From positions 4,410 through 68,409 of the forward strand of contig JALOTE010000011.1 in the NCBI GenBank assembly GCA_025458045.1: DNA of 64,000 nucleotides, written 5' to 3'. The DNA is from Rhizobiaceae bacterium (lineage in GTDB: Bacteria > Pseudomonadota > Alphaproteobacteria > Rhizobiales > Rhizobiaceae). The notes below the pieces were generated by a model, which did no database searches, had not been told where the DNA came from, and worked only from the letters and a program-made list of their open reading frames with translations. Each line of letters starts with the position of its first letter. The stretch's first letter is position 1. Shown here piece after piece: positions 9,182 to 18,677 of this stretch. The translations under genes were made by a program, and so were the position numbers.

Positions 9182-9580
9182 ATGAAGCTCTTCATCATCC
9201 GCTTGTTTTCGTGGTGGCACGGGGCGACGCTGAACACGCTGTTCCACACATGGCGCAAAGGTGAGCGCGTAGGCGAGGACGAGCAGGGCAATGTCTATTA
9301 CCAGGGCGGCACGGACTCCGAAGGCCGCACCCGCCGTTGGGTCATCTACAATGGCGAGGCCGAAGGTTCACGCGTGCCGCCCGGCTGGCACGGGTGGCTG
9401 CATCATCGTGTCGATGCCGCGCCCGTGCAGGAAGCCTACAGGCCGCGCGACTGGCAAAAGCCGCATGTCCCGAACCTGACGGGTTCGCCGATGGCATACC
9501 GCCCGAAAGGGTCCATTCTGGGTCAGGACAAAAGGCCGGTGGTCACAGGTGACTATGAAGCCTGGTCGCCCGGCGATTGA
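9182..9580 (+). CDS. NADH:ubiquinone oxidoreductase subunit NDUFA12 family protein
   Basis: FSWWHGATLNTLFHTWRKGERVGEDEQGNVYY...RRWVIYNG...VPPGWHGWLHH is the typical bacterial NDUFA12/B17.2-like sequence. Confidence 0.85.
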   Translation: MKLFIIRLFSWWHGATLNTLFHTWRKGERVGEDEQGNVYYQGGTDSEGRTRRWVIYNGEAEGSRVPPGWHGWLHHRVDAAPVQEAYRPRDWQKPHVPNLTGSPMAYRPKGSILGQDKRPVVTGDYEAWSPGD

Positions 9581-9677
9581 TGTTTTCCGCTCGCTGAACG
9601 CCGGGCGCAACAATGTTCACAAAACAGCGTCGTCACGGGCTTTTTTGCGCCGTGATCCCGCGTTACGAAGCGCAGTG

Positions 9678-10082
9678 ATGAGCATTGTGTTCCGATTCGT
9701 TGTATTGGCTGCGGTCGCGCTGCTTTGGGCCGCCCCAGCGGTGGCCGAGCGGCGTGAGAACCCCATTGCCGAATTTGCAGGCATCGACAAGATCACCGGT
9801 CGCATCATCACCTTCGATGTCTATGTCAACGAAACGGTGCAGTTCGGTGCGCTGCAAGTCACGCCACGCGTCTGCTACAACCGCGACCCGGGCGAAGCGC
9901 CAAAGACCACGACCTTTGTCGAGATCGACGAGATCACGCTCGACCGCAAGATCAGGCGCATTTTCACCGGCTGGATGTTTGCCGAAAGCCCCGGCCTGAA
10001 CGCCGTCGACCACGCGGTTTATGATGTGTGGCTGAAAAGCTGCAAGACTGAATCGAGCGTTCCCGCCCCGACACAGGGCTGA
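9678..10082 (+). CDS. DUF2155 domain protein (secreted)
   Basis: The ATG at 9678 gives the signal peptide MSIVFRFVVLAAVALLWAAPAVA, then GIDKITGRIITFDV...LQVTPRVCY...TFVEIDE, as I recall for DUF2155. This family usually neighbours the NDUFA12-like gene in alphaproteobacteria. Confidence 0.75.
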   Translation: MSIVFRFVVLAAVALLWAAPAVAERRENPIAEFAGIDKITGRIITFDVYVNETVQFGALQVTPRVCYNRDPGEAPKTTTFVEIDEITLDRKIRRIFTGWMFAESPGLNAVDHAVYDVWLKSCKTESSVPAPTQG

Positions 10083-10144
10083 CACCGCCAGTTCCCGGCG
10101 CCCATCCTTGACCGTGGCCGGCGGCACGTTGGCAACGACCCTTG

Positions 10145-10759
10145 CTATAGGAATCGTGCCTGCCGCGAAATCGCATCCGCCAGCAACGCTTCGTAGCGCG
10201 GGCGCAGCACTTCGATGGCCCCGAACCGTGCGAGATGGCTGGTGATGAACTGCGCGTCGAGCAGGCGGAAGCGGCGTTCGTTGAGGCGCTCCACCAATTT
10301 GGCCAGACACATTTTTGAGGCGTCCGTCTGCCGTGAGAACATGCTCTCGCCAAAGAACGCCGCGCCGAGCGTGATGCCGTAAAGGCCGCCGACCAGCGCA
10401 CCGTCCTGCCATGCTTCCACCGTATGGCAATGACCGCGCACGAACAATTCGCGGTAGGCGCGGCGGATGGGCGTGTTGATCCACGTGGTTTCCCGTCCTG
10501 GCTTGGCTTCCGCGCAGCCGGCGATCACGCCGTCGAAATCGGTCGAGAAACGGAACTCGAATGCCGTGCGCCGCATGGCCTTGGCAAGGCTGCGCGGGAT
10601 ATGGAACGCATCGAGCGGGATGATGCCACGCACCTCCGGCTTCAACCAGACGAGCTCGTCTGAATCAGCGTCCTGCCCCATCGGGAAGACGCCGACCATA
10701 TAGGCCCTGAGCACGATTTCTGGATCGAGCCAGTCCGCCGGGTGATCTCGCCGTGGCAT
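10145..10759 (-). CDS. aat: Leucyl/phenylalanyl-tRNA--protein transferase
   Basis: The motifs YMVGVFPM, GHCHTVEAWQDGALVGGLYGITLGAAFFGESMFS and RFRLLDAQ are present. Confidence 0.92.
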   Translation of the reverse strand: MPRRDHPADWLDPEIVLRAYMVGVFPMGQDADSDELVWLKPEVRGIIPLDAFHIPRSLAKAMRRTAFEFRFSTDFDGVIAGCAEAKPGRETTWINTPIRRAYRELFVRGHCHTVEAWQDGALVGGLYGITLGAAFFGESMFSRQTDASKMCLAKLVERLNERRFRLLDAQFITSHLARFGAIEVLRPRYEALLADAISRQARFL

Positions 10760-10771
10760 GGCGCGGCTCCA

Positions 10772-12115
10772 TCACGCCTTGGCGGCTAGGTGCTTTTCCA
10801 GCCAATGGATGTCGTAAGCCCCGTTGGCGATGTCCGGTTCCTTCACCAGTTCGCGGAACAGGGGCAGCGTCGTCTGGATGCCATCGACAACGAATTCATC
10901 CAGCGCGCGCCGAAGCCGCATCAGGCATTCCACACGGTTGCGCCCGTGCACGATCAGCTTTCCGATCAGCGAATCATAGTAGGGCGGAATACGGTAGCCG
11001 GAGAACGCGCCCGAATCGACGCGCACGCCCAGCCCGCCCGGCGTGTGGAAATGCGTGATCGTGCCGGGCGACGGCACGAAGGTGCGCGGGTTCTCGGCAT
11101 TGATGCGGCACTCGATGGCGTGGCCATAGAAGGTCACGTCTTCCTGCTTGACGCTGAGGCCGGCGCCCGACGCGATGCGGATCTGCTCGTTGACAAGGTC
11201 GATGCCCGTAATCGCCTCGGTCACCGGATGCTCGACCTGAAGGCGCGTGTTCATCTCGATGAAATAGAACTCGCCATTTTCGTAAAGGAACTCGATCGTG
11301 CCTGCCCCGCGATAGGCGAGGCCCTGCATCGCCTTGGCGACGATCGCGCCAATCTTCTCGCGCTCATCGGCGTTGAGCGCTGGGGAATTTGCTTCCTCCC
11401 ACACCTTCTGGTGGCGGCGTTGCAGCGAACAATCGCGTTCGCCCAAATGGATGGCGCGGCCCTCGCCATCGCCGAGCACCTGAACCTCGATGTGACGCGG
11501 CTTTTCGAGATATTTCTCGATGTAGACGGAATCGTCGCCGAAGGCCGCGCCGGACTCTGATTTGGCCGTCAGGAAGGCCTCGGTCAGATCCGCTTCGCTG
11601 CGCGCGACCTTCATGCCCCGTCCGCCGCCGCCCGCCGCCGCCTTGATGATCACCGGATATCCGATGTCGGCTGCGATACGTTTGGCCTCATGCTCGTCGG
11701 AAATCGCGCCATCGGAACCCGGAACGCAGGGAATGCCAAGACGGCGCGCTGTCACCTTCGCTTCGATCTTGTCGCCCATCACGCGGATATGCTCCGCCGT
11801 CGGGCCGATGAAGGTGATCTTGTGGGCCTCAAGGATCTCGGCGAATTTCGCATTCTCCGAGAGGAAACCGTAGCCCGGATGCACGGCGTCCGCGCCGGTG
11901 ATTTCGCAGGCGGCCAGAATGTCCGGGATGTTCAGATAGGACTGGCGCGATGGCGGCGGCCCGATGCAGACGCTTTCGTCTGCCAGCCGGACATGCATGG
12001 CCTCCGCGTCAGCCGTCGAGTGTACCGCGACCGTGGCGATGCCAAGTTCCTTGGCCGCGCGAAGCACCCGCAGCGCGATTTCACCCCGGTTGGCGATGAG
12101 GATTTTCTGGAACAT
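10772..12115 (-). CDS. accC: Acetyl-CoA carboxylase biotin carboxylase subunit
   Basis: The ATG at 12115 gives [20 protein letters not shown]..., and the product aligns with AccC along its whole length. An in-frame GTG at 12130 overlapping the accB stop is an alternative start. Confidence 0.96.
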   Translation of the reverse strand: MFQKILIANRGEIALRVLRAAKELGIATVAVHSTADAEAMHVRLADESVCIGPPPSRQSYLNIPDILAACEITGADAVHPGYGFLSENAKFAEILEAHKITFIGPTAEHIRVMGDKIEAKVTARRLGIPCVPGSDGAISDEHEAKRIAADIGYPVIIKAAAGGGGRGMKVARSEADLTEAFLTAKSESGAAFGDDSVYIEKYLEKPRHIEVQVLGDGEGRAIHLGERDCSLQRRHQKVWEEANSPALNADEREKIGAIVAKAMQGLAYRGAGTIEFLYENGEFYFIEMNTRLQVEHPVTEAITGIDLVNEQIRIASGAGLSVKQEDVTFYGHAIECRINAENPRTFVPSPGTITHFHTPGGLGVRVDSGAFSGYRIPPYYDSLIGKLIVHGRNRVECLMRLRRALDEFVVDGIQTTLPLFRELVKEPDIANGAYDIHWLEKHLAAKA

Positions 12116-12126
12116 CGGCGCGCCGG

Positions 12127-12594
12127 TCACTCGATCACGACCAGCGGTTGGCCGAATTCGACCGGGTCGCCATTGTCCACAAGGATCGCGGTCACCTTGC
12201 CTGCACGCGGGGCGGGGATCTGGTTCATTGTCTTCATCGCCTCGATGATCAGAAGGGTCTGGCCCTCTTTGACCGAGGAACCGATGTCGATGAACGAATC
12301 CGCGCCGGGCGAGGGCGAGCGATAGGCCGTGCCGACCATGGGTGAGGTGACGGCGTTGGTCGTGTCGGGTTTTGCCGCCATCGAGACAGCGGCGGGTGGT
12401 GCTGCGACGGCTGCCACCGGCGCCGCTGAAGGCGCCATCACATGATGCATGGCCGGAGCCACCGCCATGCCGCGCGACACGCGGATGCGCAGATCATCCT
12501 GCTCGACCTCGATCTCCGTGAGGTTCGTCTGGTTCAGGATGTCGGCCAAGTCACGGATGAGGCGCTTGTCGATGCCGGGCTTCTTGTCTGCCAT
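12127..12594 (-). CDS. accB: Acetyl-CoA carboxylase biotin carboxyl carrier protein
   Basis: The biotinyl-lysine motif EAMKTMNQI and an Ala/Pro-rich linker are present. The gene lies directly upstream of accC. Confidence 0.95.
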   Translation of the reverse strand: MADKKPGIDKRLIRDLADILNQTNLTEIEVEQDDLRIRVSRGMAVAPAMHHVMAPSAAPVAAVAAPPAAVSMAAKPDTTNAVTSPMVGTAYRSPSPGADSFIDIGSSVKEGQTLLIIEAMKTMNQIPAPRAGKVTAILVDNGDPVEFGQPLVVIE

Positions 12595-12606
12595 GGAAGT
12601 TCCTGT

Positions 12607-13047
12607 TCAAGCCTGATCGGAGGAGGGGCCGAGCGCAGCAATCGCGAGCGCGTAACCCTTCACACCGAAACCACAAATCACCCCGGCGGCGACCGCCGAG
12701 ACATACGAGAAATGGCGGAATTCCTCCCGCGCATGGATGTTCGAGATATGCACCTCGATGACCCTCGCGCTTGCGCCTTTGATCGCGTCACGCAGCGCCA
12801 CCGATGTATGCGAATAGCCGCCCGGATTGAAGATCACAGGCGTGCCCGCTGCGCCGGCCGCATGGATCGCGTCGATGAGTTCATGCTCTGCGTTCGACTG
12901 CTTGCATGTGACGGCAAAACCCGCTTTCGCGCCTTCCTCCACGCACATCGCTTCCAGCCCGGCGAGCGTCATTGCGCCATAGACCCCCGGCTCGCGCAAG
13001 CCGAGCAGGTTCAAATTCGGGCCGTTCAAGACAAGAAGCGGTGGCAA
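12607..13047 (-). CDS. aroQ: Type II 3-dehydroquinate dehydratase
   Basis: LLVLNGPNLNLLGLREPGVYG...NPGGYSHTSVALRDA...EVHISNIHAREEFR is the AroQ signature. The probable TTG start at 13047 follows GGAAG and gives a 146-aa product. The ATG-initiated ORF to 13176 adds a 43-aa non-homologous extension. Confidence 0.85.
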   Translation of the reverse strand: MPPLLVLNGPNLNLLGLREPGVYGAMTLAGLEAMCVEEGAKAGFAVTCKQSNAEHELIDAIHAAGAAGTPVIFNPGGYSHTSVALRDAIKGASARVIEVHISNIHAREEFRHFSYVSAVAAGVICGFGVKGYALAIAALGPSSDQA

Positions 13048-13188
13048 CGGGGGCTTCCAGGGTTCCAGAAGTTCGATGGGATCACGGAGTCCAGTCCGCG
13101 TGCATACCGCTTTCGCACGGCGCAGGAAACAGTTTTGGCGGATGGAAGCGCGCTTCGGAGGCCAAACGCGCTGCAAATGCGGTGGATA

Positions 13189-13992
13189 TCAGTTGGCGGC
13201 GGCCAGCGCCTCGATCTTCTCGGCCAGCGTTTCGATGCCGACCGCACCACCGATCACCTCGTCGCCCAGCACATAACTGGGCGTGCCGGTGATGTTGAGC
13301 GCGCTGGCCAACGTATATGTGCGCTGGAAAGCCTCGTTGATGGCCGGTGACGCCATCGCTTCGCGCAGTTTTGCCTCGTCCGCGCCTAGGCTGACGGCCA
13401 GCGCGAGGGCGGCCGCAGCATCAGCGGTGCCCGCGCTTGTCAGCAGGCCATCATGGAAGGCGCGGAACTTGTCCGGATGCAATGTCTGGAACGCTTGCGC
13501 GACTTGATGGGCCTCGGCCGATTGCGGCCCAAGGATCGGGAATTGGCGCAACACCACCTTCACATCCGGGAAGCGTTCAAGCACTTCCACAATGTCGCCG
13601 TGGCCGCGCCGGCAATATCCGCAATTGTAATCGAAGAACTCGACAAGCGTCAGCTTGGCTTCAGGGTTGCCAAGCACGCTGGACGCGGGGTCGCCGAGCA
13701 GTTCGTCACGCCGCTCAAGAAGGGTCATGCGAACCTGTTCGGCCTGCAACGCCTCCTGATTTGCGGCATGACGCTGCTGCGCTTCGACGACCACTTCCGG
13801 GTGCCGTTCGAGGAAAGCGCGGATTGCGGCATCGAAATCCGCATTTCCGGACATGCCGTGGGTGGCGTCGGCGGCAGGCGCTTCAATGGAAACAACCGCC
13901 GGTTCGGCAGCCGGGCGCGCCGCCCACAATCCGGCGGTGAAGAAGGCTGCGCCAAGCAGGCTGCCGCCGAAGGCCAAGACGTAAGGGTTCAT
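13189..13992 (-). CDS. DsbA family thiol:disulfide oxidoreductase (secreted)
   Basis: An N-terminal hydrophobic anchor and the CxxC motif FFDYNCGYCRR within a thioredoxin-fold context. Confidence 0.8.
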   Translation of the reverse strand: MNPYVLAFGGSLLGAAFFTAGLWAARPAAEPAVVSIEAPAADATHGMSGNADFDAAIRAFLERHPEVVVEAQQRHAANQEALQAEQVRMTLLERRDELLGDPASSVLGNPEAKLTLVEFFDYNCGYCRRGHGDIVEVLERFPDVKVVLRQFPILGPQSAEAHQVAQAFQTLHPDKFRAFHDGLLTSAGTADAAAALALAVSLGADEAKLREAMASPAINEAFQRTYTLASALNITGTPSYVLGDEVIGGAVGIETLAEKIEALAAAN

Positions 13993-14034
13993 TGCACTCT
14001 TGTTCCAGTTGCGCCGCCTGTGCGGCTGTTTCGA

Positions 14035-15459
14035 TCAACCACGCTGCGGCGCGGAAATGATGTCTTGGGCGCGCCGCCATTCCGGCGTGCCCGCGGGCAG
14101 TTTTTGCTGGGCGCGGATGGCAAAGACCTGCGCCTCGCGCCGCGCGCCCTGAATGAAGTGCATTTCAGCCGTTGCCAATTCCGCTTCCCCGACCTCGCCC
14201 AGCGCGGCATGTGCTTGCGCCAATGCGGCAAAGCCGTTGGCATTGGTGCGATCTTGATCGACAGCGGTTTTCAAAATCCTAAGCGCGGCGGCGTGTTCGC
14301 CGGCCGCGACGAGGGCCTGGCCCTGCTGCACCCGCATCATCGCTGCGGCCCGACCGTTTGTCTGCTTGGAGGCGCGCCCGAACGCTTCGGCGGCGGCGGC
14401 GGGCTTGTTGGCCCGCATCAGCGTCTCGCCAAGCAATTCGCGGAAATAGGGGTTGTCGGGCTGGGCCTTGATCAGCGCTTCGGCTTTCTTGGACGCGGCC
14501 GCCGGATTCCCGGAAAGATGCGTGGTGATTGCATCACCGTAGCGCGCTGGCAGCGTGCTGGCATCGCGGAAGATGCGGCGGACTGCGCCCGCGCCTTGCG
14601 TGTAGGCCGCGATCTTGGCACGCATCATGTCGTGTCGGGCCTGCAGGGCGGGTTTGTCAAGATTGGCGAATGTCGGGCTGGAAAGCACCGCGTCGCGCAG
14701 CGTCTCGATGCGCTCGGCGGGCAAAGGGTGGCTCATCTGGTAGGGGTCGATCCGGGTGGCGTTCAGCTTCATGTTCTGTGCCAGCCGCTCCAGCGTGATC
14801 AGCATGCCCGCGCCGGATTGGCCTGTCTTGTTGAGCAGTTCCAGGGCCGTGCGGTCGGCGGCGCGTTCCTCGTCGCGCTGATAGGCGAGTAGGCCCCGTT
14901 TGGCCAATTCGCCCGCGCCAGACGCGATGCCCGAGCCGATTTGCGTCAATTCTTTTTCGCCTGTTGCAGCTCCCGCGGCCACCGCGCCGATGCCAAGCAG
15001 GCTCGACATGACGGCAAGTGTGCGTGCGCCATCCAGCCTTTCGCGCAGGCGGAACTGGTGGCCGCCGATGATATGACCGATCTCATGGGCGATGACGCCG
15101 ATGATCTCGTTGGGCGTCTCCGACGCGAGCAGCGCCCCTGTGTGGATGAACATGCGCCGCCCGGTGACAAAGGCGTTGAAGCTCGGATCATTGACGAGGA
15201 TGACCTCGATGCCCGAGTTCTGCAGCCCTGCCGCCCTGATGATCGGGGCGGCATAGTCGCGCACCAAGGCTTCGATCTCGGCATCGCGCACTATGGCCAC
15301 ACGGCCGCTTTGCGCGCCTGCCGGTGAAATCAGGGTCAGACAGGCCGCAGCCAGAAGCACCGCGCGAACGGCAAACCCTAACCAGCCTTGAAGCGCCAGC
15401 GCACCCATTCGCGCACAATCCTTCAGCGAAGCGGCCAACTCAACCGGAGACCCGGTCAA
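14035..15459 (-). CDS. M48 family metalloprotease with TPR repeats (BepA-like)
   Basis: The HExxH motif AHEIGHIIGGH and a TPR-like C-terminal half are present. The start is uncertain; an internal ATG at 15408 gives the signal-like MGALALQGWLGFAV. Confidence 0.8.
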   Translation of the reverse strand: MTGSPVELAASLKDCARMGALALQGWLGFAVRAVLLAAACLTLISPAGAQSGRVAIVRDAEIEALVRDYAAPIIRAAGLQNSGIEVILVNDPSFNAFVTGRRMFIHTGALLASETPNEIIGVIAHEIGHIIGGHQFRLRERLDGARTLAVMSSLLGIGAVAAGAATGEKELTQIGSGIASGAGELAKRGLLAYQRDEERAADRTALELLNKTGQSGAGMLITLERLAQNMKLNATRIDPYQMSHPLPAERIETLRDAVLSSPTFANLDKPALQARHDMMRAKIAAYTQGAGAVRRIFRDASTLPARYGDAITTHLSGNPAAASKKAEALIKAQPDNPYFRELLGETLMRANKPAAAAEAFGRASKQTNGRAAAMMRVQQGQALVAAGEHAAALRILKTAVDQDRTNANGFAALAQAHAALGEVGEAELATAEMHFIQGARREAQVFAIRAQQKLPAGTPEWRRAQDIISAPQRG

Positions 15460-15531
15460 ATCTTTGCGACAGCGACCAGAAGGACGCCAATGCGGCGCAA
15501 TTCGGGCGGAGCACCGGCGATTTCCCCTGAG

Positions 15532-18237
15532 TCAGAGAAAGCCTCCGCCACGCCGCCACCAGCCGGACTTCGGCTTGGCCGGTTCACCGTCACCCTGAGC
15601 GACATTCGACGTGACCTTGGGCGCGGTGCCCGCCTCATCGGGATTGGTCACGCGCTTGCGTTGCGGTTTGGCCGATGCGTCATCCGTTTGCGTGCCGGAC
15701 TTCGTCTCAGGCGCGACGGCAGCCACGCTTTCAGCCCGCTGGTCGTCTGGTGTCTCCGGGGCATCCCCAACCGTTTCCGCGGCATGAAGCGGTTCGACGG
15801 GAGCCGTTTCGATTGCTGCTTCCGCCACAGGCGTCACGGTTGCTGGCGCAGGGCTGAAGTCCGTGCTGTCGTCCCCCTCGGCCTCGTCGTCCATTTCAGC
15901 GGCGTCTGCCTCCGCATCCTGACGCGCGAATGCATCAAGTTCATCCGGCGTGAAGCCGACCGGTTCCGCCTGCGGGATGACGCGCATGACACCGTCACGC
16001 ATTTCGTTGCGGAAACGGCGGCCGGAGCGGCGGCCGCGGCGGCGCTTGCGACGGCCGTTGCCGTCCTGCCGCTGCTGGCCGTCCGCCTTCTGCGGCTGCG
16101 CCTGCTCCTCGCCATTGGTGCCATCGCCGTCAGCATCGGTTTCGGCGGCCTCCTTGCCATCACGGTCACGTCCGCCACGCCGCCGCTTGCGGCGGCGCTT
16201 GCGGCCGCCATTGTCGCGCTGGCCCGACCCTTCATCCTCGCCGGCGTCTGACGCCTCAACCTGTTCATCGTCCTCGGTGTCCGGAGCGGTGTCGTCTTCC
16301 TCTTCGGCGATGTCTTCGTCCTCGACCAGTTCAACAACCGGTTTGGCGTCCTGCCTGACGAGGATCAGGTCGCGCGGAACGGCGATGGTGGCCGGGCCGC
16401 CCTTCAGCACATGCGCCGCATTTTCCGACAGGCCTGCATCCACCTCGACCTTGATTGTCACGCCGAAGCGGGCCTCCAACTCGAGCAAGGATTTGCGCTG
16501 CGCGTTGAGCAGCATCATGGCGCGCGCAGCCGACATCCGCACGATGATGTCGTTGCGGTTGTCCTTGAGCAGCGTTTCCTCGATCGTGCGCAGCACATGC
16601 AGCGCCATGGAGGAATCGGCACGGATCAGACCCGTGCCGCCGCAATGGGGGCAGGGGGCCATCGTGCTTTCCAGCACGGATGCGCGGATGCGCTGGCGGC
16701 TCATTTCCAGCAAGCCGAAATGAGAAATGCGCCCAACCTGGATGCGGGCGCGGTCGCTCTTCAGGCAGTCTTTGAGCTTCTTCTCGACGGCGCGGTTGTT
16801 GCGCTTCTCCATCATGTCGATGAAGTCGATGACGATCAGGCCTGCCAAGTCCCGCAGGCGCAATTGCCGCGCGACCTCTTCCGCCGCTTCAAGATTCGTT
16901 TGCAGTGCCGTGTTTTCAATCGAATGTTCCTTGGTGGAACGCCCGGAGTTCACGTCGATGGAAACCAAGGCTTCCGTCTGGTTGATGATGATGTAGCCGC
17001 CGGATTTGAGCGTCACGCTCGGCTGCAGCATCTTGTCGAGCGAAGCTTCGATGCCGCTGCGCGAGAAGATGGGCGTCGGGTCGCGATAGGGCTGCACCGC
17101 CTTGGCGTGGCTCGGCATCAGCATCCGCATGAAGTCCTTGGCTTCGCGGTAGCCGTCCTCGCCCGATACCAGAACCTCGTCGATGTCCTTGCCGTAAAGG
17201 TCACGGATCGACCGCTTGATCAGGGAGCCTTCCTCATAGACGAGGCACGGCGCGGTGGAGGCGAGCGTCTTGTCGCGGACATTGTCCCACAGGCGCATCA
17301 GATATTCATAGTCGCGCTTCACCTCGACCTTGGTGCGGTTGGCGCCCGCCGTCCGCAGGATGACGCCCATGCCATCGGGCACTTCCAATTCATCAACGAT
17401 GGAGCGCAGCCGCTTGCGGTCGGCGGCATTTGTGATCTTGCGCGAGATTCCTCCGCCGCGTGCAGTGTTCGGCATCAGGACCGAATAGCGCCCGGCCAGA
17501 GACAGATAGGTCGTCAGGGCCGCGCCCTTGTTGCCACGCTCCTCCTTGACGACCTGCACCAGCAGGATCTGCCGCCGCTTGACGACCTCCTGGATCTTGT
17601 ACTGTTTGCGGGTTGATGCGCGGCGGACCGGCACTTCCTCGAGCGCGTCCTCCTCGCCGACACTGTCAACGGCATCCTGTTCGGGGTCGCCGCCCTGATC
17701 ATCGTCGTCGTCATCCTCCTCGTCGCCATCATCGAAGGACGCCGGTTCGGAAACATGATCGCCGCCTTGTTCAGCAGCTTGGGCGCGGGGGTCTGCCTCG
17801 TCATCCTCATCGGACGCCGATCCCTCTTTCCTGCCCGCTGCCGTGCCGCTGTTGTCACGCCCGCCCTTGCCGGCGCGCTTGGCACGGCGCGGCTTCTGAC
17901 GGTTGCGGCGGCCACCTTCGTCATCTTCGTCGTCCTCGTCTTCGCGTGCGGCGGAGGCCTCTTCGGCCAGCAGCGCCTGACGGTCGGCAACGGGGATTTG
18001 GTAATAGTCGGGATGGATTTCGCCGAATGCGAGGAAGCCATGGCGGTTGCCGCCATATTCGACGAAGGCGGCCTGCAGCGACGGTTCGACCCGCGTGACG
18101 CGGGCGAGATAGATATTGCCTCTGAGTTGTTTGCGATGGGCAGATTCGTAGTCGAATTCCTCGATCCTGTTACCGCGTACGACGACGACGCGCGTTTCCT
18201 CCTGGTGGGAGGCGTCGATCAGCATCTTGCTGGACAT
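15532..18237 (-). CDS. rne: Ribonuclease E
   Basis: MSSKMLIDASHQEETRVVVV, the S1 motif NIYLARVTRVEPSLQAAFVEYG, KEERGNKGAALTTYLSLAGRY and the Zn-link CPHCGGTG are present. There is a long Arg/Asp/Glu-rich C-terminal scaffold. Confidence 0.97.
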   Translation of the reverse strand: MSSKMLIDASHQEETRVVVVRGNRIEEFDYESAHRKQLRGNIYLARVTRVEPSLQAAFVEYGGNRHGFLAFGEIHPDYYQIPVADRQALLAEEASAAREDEDDEDDEGGRRNRQKPRRAKRAGKGGRDNSGTAAGRKEGSASDEDDEADPRAQAAEQGGDHVSEPASFDDGDEEDDDDDDQGGDPEQDAVDSVGEEDALEEVPVRRASTRKQYKIQEVVKRRQILLVQVVKEERGNKGAALTTYLSLAGRYSVLMPNTARGGGISRKITNAADRKRLRSIVDELEVPDGMGVILRTAGANRTKVEVKRDYEYLMRLWDNVRDKTLASTAPCLVYEEGSLIKRSIRDLYGKDIDEVLVSGEDGYREAKDFMRMLMPSHAKAVQPYRDPTPIFSRSGIEASLDKMLQPSVTLKSGGYIIINQTEALVSIDVNSGRSTKEHSIENTALQTNLEAAEEVARQLRLRDLAGLIVIDFIDMMEKRNNRAVEKKLKDCLKSDRARIQVGRISHFGLLEMSRQRIRASVLESTMAPCPHCGGTGLIRADSSMALHVLRTIEETLLKDNRNDIIVRMSAARAMMLLNAQRKSLLELEARFGVTIKVEVDAGLSENAAHVLKGGPATIAVPRDLILVRQDAKPVVELVEDEDIAEEEDDTAPDTEDDEQVEASDAGEDEGSGQRDNGGRKRRRKRRRGGRDRDGKEAAETDADGDGTNGEEQAQPQKADGQQRQDGNGRRKRRRGRRSGRRFRNEMRDGVMRVIPQAEPVGFTPDELDAFARQDAEADAAEMDDEAEGDDSTDFSPAPATVTPVAEAAIETAPVEPLHAAETVGDAPETPDDQRAESVAAVAPETKSGTQTDDASAKPQRKRVTNPDEAGTAPKVTSNVAQGDGEPAKPKSGWWRRGGGFL

Positions 18238-18677
18238 GTCTCATGCTTTCCATGACGCACAGGCCCGAGGCTTCCGCATATCGACGGACACCTCCGGTTG
18301 GTTGCGCCAAATGTCTTGATGTGAGGGGTGGGACGGGCCGCCCGCGCAAGCCAGCACTGCCGGACGCGCTCTTGATGGCGCGACCCGGACCAGACTGACA
18401 GTTGTGCGACGTGGAGGACATCGTCTCCGTTTTTCCATGGTGGGCGGCCAAGCGGCCGTCCGGCGAATGACCTTGATGAGGCTGGGAAGCGACGCTGCTG
18501 CGCGCGCTTCCAACGCCCTTCCGCCGAACACCCTCGGTCACACAGGGTGCTTGCGTTGAACCTTTTGGCCACGTTTGGCGCGCTTGCCTCAATCCCGCCA
18601 TCGGGTTCGGCCAACTTGCCAGCCCTATGCTGCTGCCGGTATTCCGGAGTTCCAGCCTGCGGGTCGCGACCTGAATC

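Noticed and set aside
12116-12130. Possible accB/accC overlap through a GTG start at 12130.
   Set aside because: The homologous AccC N-terminus begins at [12 protein letters not shown] (ATG at 12115). I kept the GTG only as an alternative start.
13453-14892. A 479-aa plus-strand ORF.
   Set aside because: It lies antisense to the DsbA-like and M48 protease genes and has a low-complexity Arg/Gly-rich translation.
15388-17616. Several plus-strand ORFs (15388..16251, 15950..16723, 16411..17616) overlapping rne.
   Set aside because: All are antisense to the strongly supported RNase E CDS. Their repetitive Arg/Ser/Pro translations mirror the charged repeats of rne.
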